Source: Myxococcota bacterium
Lineage (GTDB): Bacteria > Myxococcota_A > UBA9160 > PR03
Direction: 5' to 3'
DNA length: 37,775 bases
NCBI GenBank assembly: GCA_041611735.1
Contig: JBFIML010000043.1
Location: forward strand, 1-37,775
Positions 19,083-28,458 of the stretch are shown piece after piece. The stretch's first letter is position 1. Every line of letters starts with the position of its first letter. Position numbers and translations under genes: made by a program. The notes below the pieces were generated by a model. It saw nothing but the letters and a program-made list of their open reading frames with translations. It ran no database searches and was not told where the DNA came from.

Positions 19083-21224
19083 TCATCGCGGCGCGCGCGA
19101 GGAGCCCCGGGGCGGGCTGCGGTCTTCCACCCGGTAGATGCGGAGGGCCTGGTTACCGAAGACCGGAGCGAGCAGCGGACTCGACTCGAAGTCCTTCGGG
19201 GCGCCGGGAGCCTGGATCTCGTAGCTGCCCCATCCTCGCCCGACGCGCTTCGCCACGGAATCGACCACCAGGTACATCTCCCCCGCCTGCCGCGCGAAGG
19301 CGCGCAGTGCCCGCGCGGAGTCCGGGTCGGGATGCTCGAAGAAGCGCAGCAGGGCGCGCACGCGCGGGACGAAGGGGTGCACCGGCTGCTCTCGGATCCG
19401 GCTCGAGGAGGAGCCCCAGCGTTGCGCCGAGCGGTGGGCCAGGGCGGCGGCGGCGAACCAGTCCGTCTCGTAGAAGACGCGGCGTTCGCCGAAGGCGGAG
19501 ACCAGGATGAAGCCGTGGTTGGTCAGGAAGAGCGCGTCCCGGGGCGTGGCCTCGCGCACCCAGCGCAGTCCCTCACTGTACTCCGCTTCGAGGGCGGATG
19601 CCGGGGATCGGGGACCCCAATCGCGCGCGAGCTGGCCGGCCGTCTCCCGCGCCGCGCCCAGCAGCGTGGGGAGGGCCAGGACCGCGAGCGCGAGAGCGAG
19701 CGCAATGCGGCCCCCGTGGCGCGGCATCCCCTGCGAGGCCAGCCACGCTCCCCCGAGCACCGCGAGGGCTACCTGGCCGTTGTAGAGGAAGAAGACCTGC
19801 GACATGCCGGACGCCGCCAGGACCAGGGCGGGCACGAGCCCGGTGGCGAAGGTCCAGGCGAGCCAGCGTTGCGCGTCATCGAGATGCTGGCGCTCGCGCC
19901 AGAGGAACAGCAGGCCGGTGACTCCACCGATGCCCAGGAAGCCCAGCAGCCAGAGTGGAGCCAGCAGCGGCGGGAGCCAGGCGGCCTCGAAGCCGAGCCA
20001 GCTTCCGATCGTCCGGTAGAAGTCCGAGTCGAGCATGACGCGCAGGGGCTCGACGCCGAACATGGCCGAGGCGTAGCTCGCCTGACCGACCGTCAGAAGG
20101 AGCGTCATCGGCGCGGAAGCCAGCGTGAGGAGCACCCCGGCCGCGAGCGCCCGCCCGGCGCCACGCCGACGCACGAGCCATGTCCAGGCCACCAGCGCCC
20201 CGAGGCCGGCCAGCACCACGGGCATGACCGACCCCTTGGCGCCGGAGGCCGCGGCGGCCAGGATGGCGGCGAGTCCCAGGGCGCGGCGGTCGGGCGAGGA
20301 GCCGGTCAGCCAGCGCCGCAGCGCGATCGCCAGGCTCGCGAAGAGCACGAGCCCAAGCACGGTGGAGATGCTGCTGTAGACCCCGAGGGCCAGGTAGCTG
20401 CGGAACCCTTCGGACCGCCCCGCGGATCCCAGCAGTTCGAAGATCGGCACTCCGAGGTCCGCGTGCAGCAGGATCAGGGCGGCCGCCAGGAGCCCCGCGA
20501 CGGCGCTCCCGCCGTAGACCCGACCCGCATTGAAGACCTGGAGTCCGAGCAGGACCGGCAGCGCCGGAGCGGCGAGCCGATGCAGCAGCGCCGCGATCGG
20601 GATGCCGGTCACCTGGCTTGCGCCCGCCGGAAAGGCGTAGGAGAAGAAGTGGTAGTTCCACGGCTCGCCCGCCACGCGCGGATCGCGCAGCGGCCAGTGA
20701 TGCTTCAGCTCGGCGGCGCTGCCCACGTGGAAACCGAAATCCGGGTCGCCGGCCAGCCACCAGTGGGCCAGCAGCGGGGTCCTCTCCACCGCCAGCAGGA
20801 GGATCCCGAGCAGCAGGACCCCGTGCGAGAGGCGTGGAGAGGCGACCGCGGCGGAGGATCGGCTCCCCCGAGCCAGCGCCGCCAGGGGGAGCAGAAGGAT
20901 CGGGAAGAACGGGTAGAGCCAGGATGCGCCGACGGGCTTCAGCCCGATGTAGACGGCCAGTTGGATCACGTACCCGAGCGTCCAGCCCATCCCGAGGGCC
21001 ATGATCCAGTCGTCGTCCGGGGCGCGGAAGAGCTGGTAGGCGAGCCAGCCCGGCAGCATCACGTAGGCCGTCAGGAACAGAGCGTGGGCCACGACGTCGC
21101 CAGGACCCGCCCCCTCGAGGAGACCTCGTAGCCCCATCAGGAGCAGGAGCCCGAGCCCAAAGGGAGCGGCCCAGGCGTCTCGGTGGCGGGCAAGCTTCCA
21201 GGTCGGCGGCTCGCTGCGGCTCAT
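19083..21224 (-). CDS. Polytopic GT-C-type membrane protein (putative glycosyltransferase)
   Basis: ATG 21224; many TM; DFGFH, P.DPRVAGEPWNYHFF loop; C-terminal GLRWVREATPRDA...SAFGERRVFYE domain similar in layout to 1821-3479. Confidence 0.72.
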   Translation of the reverse strand: MSRSEPPTWKLARHRDAWAAPFGLGLLLLMGLRGLLEGAGPGDVVAHALFLTAYVMLPGWLAYQLFRAPDDDWIMALGMGWTLGYVIQLAVYIGLKPVGASWLYPFFPILLLPLAALARGSRSSAAVASPRLSHGVLLLGILLLAVERTPLLAHWWLAGDPDFGFHVGSAAELKHHWPLRDPRVAGEPWNYHFFSYAFPAGASQVTGIPIAALLHRLAAPALPVLLGLQVFNAGRVYGGSAVAGLLAAALILLHADLGVPIFELLGSAGRSEGFRSYLALGVYSSISTVLGLVLFASLAIALRRWLTGSSPDRRALGLAAILAAAASGAKGSVMPVVLAGLGALVAWTWLVRRRGAGRALAAGVLLTLASAPMTLLLTVGQASYASAMFGVEPLRVMLDSDFYRTIGSWLGFEAAWLPPLLAPLWLLGFLGIGGVTGLLFLWRERQHLDDAQRWLAWTFATGLVPALVLAASGMSQVFFLYNGQVALAVLGGAWLASQGMPRHGGRIALALALAVLALPTLLGAARETAGQLARDWGPRSPASALEAEYSEGLRWVREATPRDALFLTNHGFILVSAFGERRVFYETDWFAAAALAHRSAQRWGSSSSRIREQPVHPFVPRVRALLRFFEHPDPDSARALRAFARQAGEMYLVVDSVAKRVGRGWGSYEIQAPGAPKDFESSPLLAPVFGNQALRIYRVEDRSPPRGSSRAPR

Positions 21225-21338
21225 GGCGTCGCTCGAATGCGGCCCTCGCCATTCCGGAACAGCCGGCGGGCTGCGCTGTCTCCCGAAGAGCCCAATACTC
21301 TTGGGCAGCGGGGGGCGAGGGTCAAGCTCGAAGGGCGG

Positions 21339-23198
21339 ATGTCTTGGGTTCCTGCGCAGGTGCGTAGGCGGATCGGGACGGAACGAGCTGGCGGCCGGTC
21401 GAGCCGTGAGCTGACGGCCGCGTTGCTCGTCTTCAGCCTGCTCGGCGTCGCCCTGCTGGCCGGCGCGTTTCGCGATTTCGGGAACCATGGCGCCAAGGAC
21501 TGGGAGCCCTTCGTCGGTCACGCCCAGGCCCATCTCACCACGCTGCGCGACCATGGGCAGCTTCCGCTCTGGAATCCCTGGCTGGGAGGCGGACAGCCGT
21601 CCCTTGCCCAGCCGGTTTCGATGCTTGTGTCTCCCGTCACCGTCCTCTCCTTCCTGGTCGGGGTGCTCTCGGCCTTCAAGCTGATGCTCGTGCCGCTCTT
21701 CGTCACCGGCTGCCTCGGCATGTGGGCGCTGGCCGGGCATCTGGGGCTCATGGGCGCCGCGCGCACGGTGCCCGCTCTGGTCTACTTCGGCTCGAGCATC
21801 TTCCCGCTCTACGTGTGCGGCGGTCTTCCCAACTGGCTGTTCGGCATGGCGCTCCTGCCCTGGCTCTTGCTGTTCCACCGCCTGGCCATCGCCGATCGAC
21901 GCTTCCTGGTCCTGACCGGACTGGCCTATGCGGGCCTCCTGTTCTGCGGCGCCGTCGACCGCTTCCTGCTGCTTCCCGTCCTCCTGGGCCTCGATGCCCT
22001 GTGTCTCGCCTTCGGCCGTCGCAGCCTCCGCCCCATCCTCACGCTGGGCGCCTCCCTCACGCTGGGACTGTGCCTTGCGGCGATCCGGGTGCTGCCCCTG
22101 CTGGAGGTGTACCTGCAGTATCCGCGCACGGTCGAGGCGGCGACCCGCTACGTGCCTCCGAAGCTGCTGCCGCGCCTCTTCCTGGGCACCGACCTCCCGG
22201 ACCTGATCCCTCTGGGCGTGGCCTTCGTGCGCATCGGAGACAACTTGACCTACTGGATCAACGCGGGAAGCTACGTCGGCCCTGTCGCCGTCGGGCTGGC
22301 GGCGGCCGGTGCGCTCTTCGGGTGGCGCAAGACCTGGAGCTTCACGCTGCTCGGCCTGGTGTTCACCTGGCTCTCGTTCGGCACGTCCGTGCGGCCGTCG
22401 CTCTGGCGGCTGCTCAACCAGGTTCCGGTGCTCGGGTCGCTGCGCGACCCGGAACGCATGATCTTCCTGGTCACTCTGTGCCTGGCCCTGCTCGCCGGCT
22501 TCGGCTTCCGAGCCCTCCAGCAGGCCCTCGAAAGGCGCTGGCCCGGGCGGGTTCGGCCCAGGCAGGCGGCCGTGCTCGTCGTGCTGGGGGCGATGACCCT
22601 GCCGATGATCGTGGTGAACGCGCCGATCTCGCGCACGGCGTTCACCGTGCCACCGCCCCACGGCCTCGTGGATGGCGGATGGTTCGCGCCCCGGGTTCCG
22701 CGTCCCCCGTTCCGTCAGGGATGGTTCCAGCGGCATCTGCTGCAGTGGGGCGCCCCGGTCTGGGAGCCGGTGCTCCGCAACGAGGGCAACGTGATGGCGT
22801 ACACGAACATCCCCATACCGCTGGCTGCGCGGCCCTGGAAGGGCCGGCGCTACCGCGGAGAGATCTACCTGCAGGACGGCAAGGGCCAGATCCTGGAGAC
22901 CGAGATCACCCCCAACGTGATCCGGGTGCAGGCCGAGCTGAGCGAGGCCGACCAGCTGGTCGTGAACCAGAACTTCTACCCCGGCTGGCGAGCCGCCGGG
23001 ACGGAGACCGGCCCTCCGGTTTCCCTGGAAGGACTGCTCTCGCTCTCGCTTCCGCCCGGACGGCACGACGTCACGTTGTCCTTCCGTCCGAAGAGCGTGC
23101 GGGTGGGCGGAGTGGTCACGCTCGCCAGCGGCGCGCTCTGCGTGGCGCTGCTGCTGGGCGCGCGGCGCGCCCGTCTGGAGGGCGGCATCCTTCCGTGA
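21339..23198 (+). CDS. YfhO-like GT-C membrane protein
   Basis: GQLPLWNPWLGGGQP motif, multiple TM, C-terminal NQNFYPGWRA...LPPGRHDVTLSFRP plus final TM. Start uncertain. Confidence 0.78.
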   Translation: MSWVPAQVRRRIGTERAGGRSSRELTAALLVFSLLGVALLAGAFRDFGNHGAKDWEPFVGHAQAHLTTLRDHGQLPLWNPWLGGGQPSLAQPVSMLVSPVTVLSFLVGVLSAFKLMLVPLFVTGCLGMWALAGHLGLMGAARTVPALVYFGSSIFPLYVCGGLPNWLFGMALLPWLLLFHRLAIADRRFLVLTGLAYAGLLFCGAVDRFLLLPVLLGLDALCLAFGRRSLRPILTLGASLTLGLCLAAIRVLPLLEVYLQYPRTVEAATRYVPPKLLPRLFLGTDLPDLIPLGVAFVRIGDNLTYWINAGSYVGPVAVGLAAAGALFGWRKTWSFTLLGLVFTWLSFGTSVRPSLWRLLNQVPVLGSLRDPERMIFLVTLCLALLAGFGFRALQQALERRWPGRVRPRQAAVLVVLGAMTLPMIVVNAPISRTAFTVPPPHGLVDGGWFAPRVPRPPFRQGWFQRHLLQWGAPVWEPVLRNEGNVMAYTNIPIPLAARPWKGRRYRGEIYLQDGKGQILETEITPNVIRVQAELSEADQLVVNQNFYPGWRAAGTETGPPVSLEGLLSLSLPPGRHDVTLSFRPKSVRVGGVVTLASGALCVALLLGARRARLEGGILP

Positions 23199-23293
23199 GG
23201 CGCGCAGCCATCGGCCTGACCGTAGCCGTGCTGGTCGGCGTCGTCCCGTCCGCTGACTGCGGCTGTCACGAATGCTTTCGGATCGGCCGGTGA
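23195..23293 (+). CDS. Putative 32-aa small protein, translationally coupled at both ends
   Basis: MRRAAIGLTVAVLVGVVPSADCGCHECFRIGR*; GTGA overlap with the YfhO-like stop and GTGA overlap with the DASS GTG. Confidence 0.4.
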   Translation: MRRAAIGLTVAVLVGVVPSADCGCHECFRIGR

Positions 23294-24816
23294 CGCGCGA
23301 CGCCGAGCAGGCCACCGGCGCGGTCCGCCGCAGGCGCTTCCAGCGCTTCGGCCTGGTGGCTGGGCCCCTGCTCGCCCTCCTCGCCTACCTGGCGCTCCCG
23401 CAGGTCTACAGCGGGAGCGCGGGGGAGGCCGTGGTGTTCGGGCACGCGGGGCGGGCCACGGCCGCCGTCGCGGTCTGGATGGCCATCTGGTGGCTCTCCG
23501 AAGCGATCGAGGTCTACGCCACCGCGCTGCTTCCCCTGCTGCTGCTCCCCGTCCTCGGCGTGGCGTCCATGCGCGAGGCGGCCGCCCCATACGCCCACCA
23601 GCTGATCTTCCTGTTTCTGGGCGGTTTCCTGCTGGCGCTCGCGATGCAGCGATGGGGGCTGCACCGCCGCGTGGCCCTGACCGCGCTGCGCGTGGTGGGC
23701 GACCGACCCAGCACCATCGTCGCCGGCTTCATGGCGGTGACGGCGCTGCTCAGCATGTGGGTCTCGAACACCGCGACGGCGATCATGATGCTCCCCGTGG
23801 CACGCAGCGTGATCGACCTCGTGGAGCGCCAGGCCGGGCCGGGAGCGCGGCGCGAGAGCGCCGCCTTCGGCCTGGCACTCCTGCTGAGCATCGCCTACGC
23901 GGCCTCGATCGGTGGCATTGCGACGCCGATCGGAACTCCGCCGAATCTGTTTCTTCTCTCCTACCTGAAGGAACACCTGGGCCGGGAGGTGAGCTTCGTG
24001 CGCTGGATGGGTGTCGGGCTTCCGCTGGTCGCGGTGTTTCTGCCACTCACGTGGCTGCTGCTGACCCGCGTGCTGCATCCCGTGTCGCCCCGTCGCGTGG
24101 AGGGGTGCGCCGACCTGGTCCGCAGCGCGGTCGCGGACCTCGGTCCCATGAGCCGGCCCGAGCGCATCACCCTCGCGGTGTTCCTGTTGGCCGCCGCGTC
24201 CTGGATCACGCGTCCCCTCCTGAACGAGCTCTCGATCCTCGGCGTGCGGCCCCTGGTCGGGCTCACGGACACCGGGATCGCCATGCTCGCCGCCCTGGCG
24301 CTCTTCGTGGCGCCGAGCGGCGACGCGCAGCGAGGCTTCGTCCTGGACTGGGAGACGGCGGTGAAGCTGCCCTGGGGCATCCTGATCCTGTTCGGAGGTG
24401 GGCTCAGCCTGGCGGCTGCGATCCATGCCAACGGCGTGGGCGAGCTGCTGGGCGCGCAGGTGGCGGCGCTCGCCGGGATGCCGTCCGTCGTCCTCGTGGT
24501 CGGGGTCGTCGCACTCGTGATCTTCCTGACCGAGCTCACCAGCAACACCGCCACCACGGCGACGTTGGTCCCGCTACTGGCTTCTCTCGCGCCGGGCCTC
24601 GGCGTCGATCCCCTGCTGCTGGCGGTCCCCGCGGCGATCGCGGCGAGCTGCGCCTTCATGCTCCCGGTGGCGACCCCGCCCAACGCCATCGTCTTCGGCT
24701 CGGGCCTCGTCACGATCCCCGAGATGAGCCGCGCGGGCTTCTGGATCAACCTGATCGGCATCGCGCTGATCACCGCCCTGGCCTACGCGGTCGTGATGCC
24801 CCTGCTGGCCTCGTAG
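23290..24816 (+). CDS. DASS/SLC13 family Na+:dicarboxylate or sulfate symporter
   Basis: SMWVSNTAT, IGTPPN, ELTSNTAT, FMLPVATPPNAIVF motifs. Alternative start ATG 23272. Confidence 0.93.
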   Translation: MTRDAEQATGAVRRRRFQRFGLVAGPLLALLAYLALPQVYSGSAGEAVVFGHAGRATAAVAVWMAIWWLSEAIEVYATALLPLLLLPVLGVASMREAAAPYAHQLIFLFLGGFLLALAMQRWGLHRRVALTALRVVGDRPSTIVAGFMAVTALLSMWVSNTATAIMMLPVARSVIDLVERQAGPGARRESAAFGLALLLSIAYAASIGGIATPIGTPPNLFLLSYLKEHLGREVSFVRWMGVGLPLVAVFLPLTWLLLTRVLHPVSPRRVEGCADLVRSAVADLGPMSRPERITLAVFLLAAASWITRPLLNELSILGVRPLVGLTDTGIAMLAALALFVAPSGDAQRGFVLDWETAVKLPWGILILFGGGLSLAAAIHANGVGELLGAQVAALAGMPSVVLVVGVVALVIFLTELTSNTATTATLVPLLASLAPGLGVDPLLLAVPAAIAASCAFMLPVATPPNAIVFGSGLVTIPEMSRAGFWINLIGIALITALAYAVVMPLLAS

Positions 24817-24865
24817 GGGAGCTGCGGGAGGCGCCGTGGCTCGGCGAGGGCGGCTGCCGATGGAT

Positions 24866-25408
24866 TCACCGCTCGAAATAGTTCAGGTTGACCGTGCTCA
24901 CCCTGGCTTCGTGTGTGAGGATCTCCTCGAGGACGGCGGCAAGCTCCCGTCCTGGGAGCAGCTGGACGTAGCAGGTTGGCGCAGCGCCCGGCCGAACGGC
25001 GTTGGGTTGCGGTAGGCGGAACCCATACTGCTTGCCCATCTCCGTGATCTGCTCCTGGTTGACGTCCCCATCGACGTGCAATCCGAAGGAGTCCTTCAGG
25101 TAGGGGCCAGGCGACAGCCCCTGGATCAGGCTGTAGATGACGTCAGCCCGGGGTGGGGCGATCGTCGCCATGGGTTTCACGCCCAGGCTCGCGAGCTCCG
25201 GCAGGATGGCCTCTCCTCGGCGGAGGAGCTCTCGGGTGGCGGTCAGCCGGGCACTCGGCTCCGACGCGTTGGCGCTGCGGACCAGGGCCGACACATCCAT
25301 CTGGCACACTTCCTTTGCACCGAGGATGGCCTGGCGGGTCTGAAATGCCCAGAGCCAGGGTGTCAGGGCAATCAGGAGCGTCGCCCGTGCGAACCAGGTT
25401 CTGGGCAT
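24866..25408 (-). CDS. Secreted hypothetical protein; C-terminal domain resembles a subtilase propeptide / I9 inhibitor fold
   Basis: Signal-like N-terminus; C-terminal FGLHVDGDVNQEQITEMGKQYGF...YVQLLPGRELAAVLEEIL..ARVSTVNLNY; more AT-rich codons than neighbours. Confidence 0.62.
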   Translation of the reverse strand: MPRTWFARATLLIALTPWLWAFQTRQAILGAKEVCQMDVSALVRSANASEPSARLTATRELLRRGEAILPELASLGVKPMATIAPPRADVIYSLIQGLSPGPYLKDSFGLHVDGDVNQEQITEMGKQYGFRLPQPNAVRPGAAPTCYVQLLPGRELAAVLEEILTHEARVSTVNLNYFER

Positions 25409-25429
25409 GCGGCCGGGTGTCTCGCGTTC

Positions 25430-26206
25430 CTAGTGTGGCCGGCGCCGCACCGCCGCCAGCAGCCCCAGGCCCGTCGCGACCAGCAAGAACGTGCCGGGTT
25501 CCGGAATCTGGTTGATGGTCCAGGTGAAGTTCGGAGCGGCCGCCTGGCCGAAGAGAGCTTCGACCGCGGCCTTGGCTCCGTTGAACGCGGCGAGCTCGGC
25601 AGCCGTGAACTTCCACGGATTCTGGATGTTGAGGGTGACATTGATTCCCCCGCCAGCGGCCCACCCGAAGGCATCGTTCAGCACCGCGGCGTCTTGCGCA
25701 CCCAAGGTCGATCCGATCACGAGCGTGGGCTGCATGATGTCGTTCGCCTGATTGACTCCGGTGGCGGGCCAGGGGGCCGCACCGGTCGCGTTGGGATCGG
25801 CGTGAGTGCCCTGGCTCGACGGGGTCAGCACCATGAGGATCCCGCCTACGGTGCCATCGGTGGAGTAGACCCGCGAACCTGCCGGAATCGGCCCTGCACC
25901 CGCGCCAGGCGTCCCATACAGCTTGGCGTTCAGGTTGTTGTACGCCACGGCGAACCCGATTCCATGCGTCAATTCGTGGGTGGCCGTGGCGAGTTTGTCG
26001 CCGCCCACGTTGGGGTTCCAGAGTCCGTTTATGAAGTCCGTGGTCGCTGCGATGGGCGTCCCGGCTCCACCGCCCCCGGACCCCGTGAAGTTGTACGTCA
26101 CCGCGAGCGTCTGGTGCTCGATCGGAAGCGAGAAGGACGGGCTGGAGACCAGGACTGCCGCCAGGGTCAGTAAGGCGGCCGGGGCCAACGATCTGGAGAC
26201 CTTCAT
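25430..26206 (-). CDS. PEP-CTERM-anchored zinc metalloprotease (metzincin-like)
   Basis: ATG 26206 with AGGAGG; signal peptide; HELTHGIGF; distal GTH; DIMQP Met-turn; C-terminal IPEPGTFLLVATGLGLLAAVRRRPH. Confidence 0.88.
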   Translation of the reverse strand: MKVSRSLAPAALLTLAAVLVSSPSFSLPIEHQTLAVTYNFTGSGGGGAGTPIAATTDFINGLWNPNVGGDKLATATHELTHGIGFAVAYNNLNAKLYGTPGAGAGPIPAGSRVYSTDGTVGGILMVLTPSSQGTHADPNATGAAPWPATGVNQANDIMQPTLVIGSTLGAQDAAVLNDAFGWAAGGGINVTLNIQNPWKFTAAELAAFNGAKAAVEALFGQAAAPNFTWTINQIPEPGTFLLVATGLGLLAAVRRRPH

Positions 26207-26359
26207 GGGAGCCTCCTGAGCTACCTGCGTGGTTGGCGCCACCCTCGACGCCGGAGGGGGGACGCGCGGGCAGTACCGGATCAGGAGTTGAAGGCTCGTT
26301 CGTGCAGCAGGAGCTGGCTGACGACCCGCTCGCGGGTCCCCTTGCACCCCCCGCACTCA

Positions 26360-26375
26360 AGCAAGTTTCGAGCCG
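26360..26375 (-). promoter_or_regulatory. sigma54 promoter for the PEP-CTERM gene
   Basis: Minus strand CGGCTCGAAACTTGCT, GG-N10-GC with TTGCT; IHF-like TTTCAGCTACTTG at 26394-26406. Confidence 0.7.
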
Positions 26376-26428
26376 CCCAGAAACGCCAAGAGATTTCAGC
26401 TACTTGGAATTTTGCGCAGAGGACGAAG

Positions 26429-26454
26429 GGAAATCGTTTTCCACTCTCGTGGAA
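26429..26454. promoter_or_regulatory. Putative enhancer (bEBP site), copy 3
   Basis: GGAAATCGTTTTCCAC-TCTC-GTGGAA. Could also act as a hairpin after the ADC-family gene. Confidence 0.55.
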
Positions 26455-26460
26455 CGAGTC

Positions 26461-27273
26461 TTACCCTCCCGGCGCGGTGATCTCGATGCCGGGCGCGGTG
26501 GGGTCGTCGTAGCGCTGGTGCAGGAACGGGAGCAGCCAGTCGCCGGGCACGCTCCGGAGCACCTTCCCCTGGCTCTCCGTGGTGCCGCGCTCGTACTCCA
26601 TCCGCACCAGCCGCCGCACCGGAAGGTCCGCCACTGGGTCGAAGGGCGACTCGCGCAGGATCACCTCGCCGTCCTCGAGCGCTTGCACCGTCTCGTGCGT
26701 GTGCTTCCACGCGAGGCGCACGAGCAGGGGGTCGCCGTCGAAGTCGCGGTCCCTCTCGCACGAGGGCAGCGCCTTGTAGCACCAGGCGTACTCGGTGAAC
26801 TCGCGGGGCCCGAGCGCAGCGCCGAGCCGTCCCCGGGCCCCGAGGTAGGGAATGCCCATGCGCGTCACGGTCGCTTCCACCCGGTCGGCTTTCTTGCCGA
26901 ACGCGACCTGCGCGATCTTCTTGGGCTCTCCATAGGTCTCGCGACCGGGCACCACCGCCTGCTCCGTCGTCATGGGCATCGTGATCAGATAGATGCCCTC
27001 GACCCCGTCGTAGCGGGCTCTCACCCCGAAGACGCCCGAGCCGATCTCGATGGTGAGCTCCGGGGTGAGGTGGATCGCCACGTTCGAGAGCGTGACGCAC
27101 ACCTCGGGCCGCTCCGTCGGCTCGAGCGGTTTCGGCACCACGGCCGCCGTGAGCCCCGGCTCCGTCTCGTAGACGCAGCGAATCGACTGCACCGTGCTGT
27201 TCAGGAACTCCGGGTTCGACTCCCGGGCCTGCTTCACCTGCTCCAGGGTCTTGGCGTAGCGGAGGCGGGCCAT
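26461..27273 (-). CDS. Acetoacetate decarboxylase (ADC) family protein
   Basis: GRETYGEPKK Schiff-base Lys motif; SPFDPVADLPV C-terminal motif; RBS AGGAG overlapping the upstream TAG. Confidence 0.87.
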   Translation of the reverse strand: MARLRYAKTLEQVKQARESNPEFLNSTVQSIRCVYETEPGLTAAVVPKPLEPTERPEVCVTLSNVAIHLTPELTIEIGSGVFGVRARYDGVEGIYLITMPMTTEQAVVPGRETYGEPKKIAQVAFGKKADRVEATVTRMGIPYLGARGRLGAALGPREFTEYAWCYKALPSCERDRDFDGDPLLVRLAWKHTHETVQALEDGEVILRESPFDPVADLPVRRLVRMEYERGTTESQGKVLRSVPGDWLLPFLHQRYDDPTAPGIEITAPGG

Positions 27274-27282
27274 GGGGATCTC

Positions 27283-28458
27283 CTACTCGAACCACTGCTT
27301 CTCGGGGCCGATCCGGGCCGCGAGGGGCGCCAGCTTCCCCACGTCGAACCCGTAGAGGCGCGCCGCGTTCCCGCCCAGCATCGCCGCGAGCTCGTGCTCC
27401 GGGATGCCGCGGAAGGAGGCGATCATCTGCTGACGGGTCTCGGGCCAGCTCCCCTCGGGATGCGGGAAGTCGGTGCCCCACATGATGTTTGCGAGCCCGA
27501 TCTGGTGCCGCATCTCCACCTCGCGCCGCGGCATGCACGAGGCGCCCAGGAAGACGTTGCGGTGGAAGTACTCGCTCGGCTTCATCGAGAGGTGGCTGCG
27601 ATAGTCGCCCAGCTTGGCCGCGTACGGAGTGTCCTCGTAGCGGAAGTCCAGCAGCGCCAGCGTCTCCGGCACCCACACGCAGGTGGACTCGGTGATCGCC
27701 AGCCGCAGCTTCGGGTGCCGTTCGAAGACGCCGCCCCAGATCAGGAACCAGATCGGCCGCGCGGACCACCAGACCACCTCGGAGATGTAGATCCCCATCA
27801 TCCCGGTGTGATCGCCGTAGTCGGTCATCGGCGCCGCGCCCGAGTGCAGGTGGACGATCATCCCCAGGTCCTCGCACGCGGCCCAGACCGGCTCGTACTT
27901 CGGGTGGTGAACCGGATCCTGCTTGCCCCACATGGATGGGATCAAGATCCCGCGCAGGCCGTTCTCGCGCGCCCAGCGGATCTCCTTCACGGCCTCCTCC
28001 ACGTCCCACAGGATCGGCGCGATGGCGATCCCGGCCCGGCGCTCCGGGGCCATCTGGCAGAACTCCGCGAGCCAGCGATTGTGCGCCCGGGCGCCGGCCC
28101 ACTGGAGCTCGGGGTCGATCCCCTCGGTAGGCAGCGACAGCGCCGCGCCGAAGGGGGGCATGTTCAGCTCCGTGATCCCATCCGGGAAGATCACCTCGCC
28201 CGCCACGCCGTCCGCGTCCAGCACCTTGAGGCGCTCGTCGGAGTCCCACGCGCCGGACAGCTCGCGCTCGCGTCCCTTGCGCCATTCGGCGTTGATCTCG
28301 GCCACCAGGAACTTCTCCGCCGCCTTCTTCGTCTCTGCGATCTGGATCGGGAGCGCCACGTCGAAGATCTCGCGGTACTTGGGGTCGAGGTAGTCGCGGT
28401 ACTTCTCCGGCAGGAGGCCCGCGTGGCAGTCCGAGGAGATCACCAGATACCGACTCAT
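27283..28458 (-). CDS. Amidohydrolase_2 family metal-dependent hydrolase/decarboxylase
   Basis: ISSDCHAG, AHNRWLAEFC, HLHSG, GGVFERHPKL, MWGTDFPHPEGSWP; ATGA overlap at 28458. Confidence 0.9.
   Translation of the reverse strand: MSRYLVISSDCHAGLLPEKYRDYLDPKYREIFDVALPIQIAETKKAAEKFLVAEINAEWRKGRERELSGAWDSDERLKVLDADGVAGEVIFPDGITELNMPPFGAALSLPTEGIDPELQWAGARAHNRWLAEFCQMAPERRAGIAIAPILWDVEEAVKEIRWARENGLRGILIPSMWGKQDPVHHPKYEPVWAACEDLGMIVHLHSGAAPMTDYGDHTGMMGIYISEVVWWSARPIWFLIWGGVFERHPKLRLAITESTCVWVPETLALLDFRYEDTPYAAKLGDYRSHLSMKPSEYFHRNVFLGASCMPRREVEMRHQIGLANIMWGTDFPHPEGSWPETRQQMIASFRGIPEHELAAMLGGNAARLYGFDVGKLAPLAARIGPEKQWFE

Noticed and set aside
21290-21306. Palindrome GCCCAA-TACTC-TTGGGC between divergent GT-C genes
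   Set aside because: Short, single occurrence and plausible by chance; not enough support to call an operator.
19083-23315. 1410-aa minus-strand ORF
   Set aside because: The first ~700 aa are antisense to the YfhO-like gene; protein-like sequence begins at ATG 21224.
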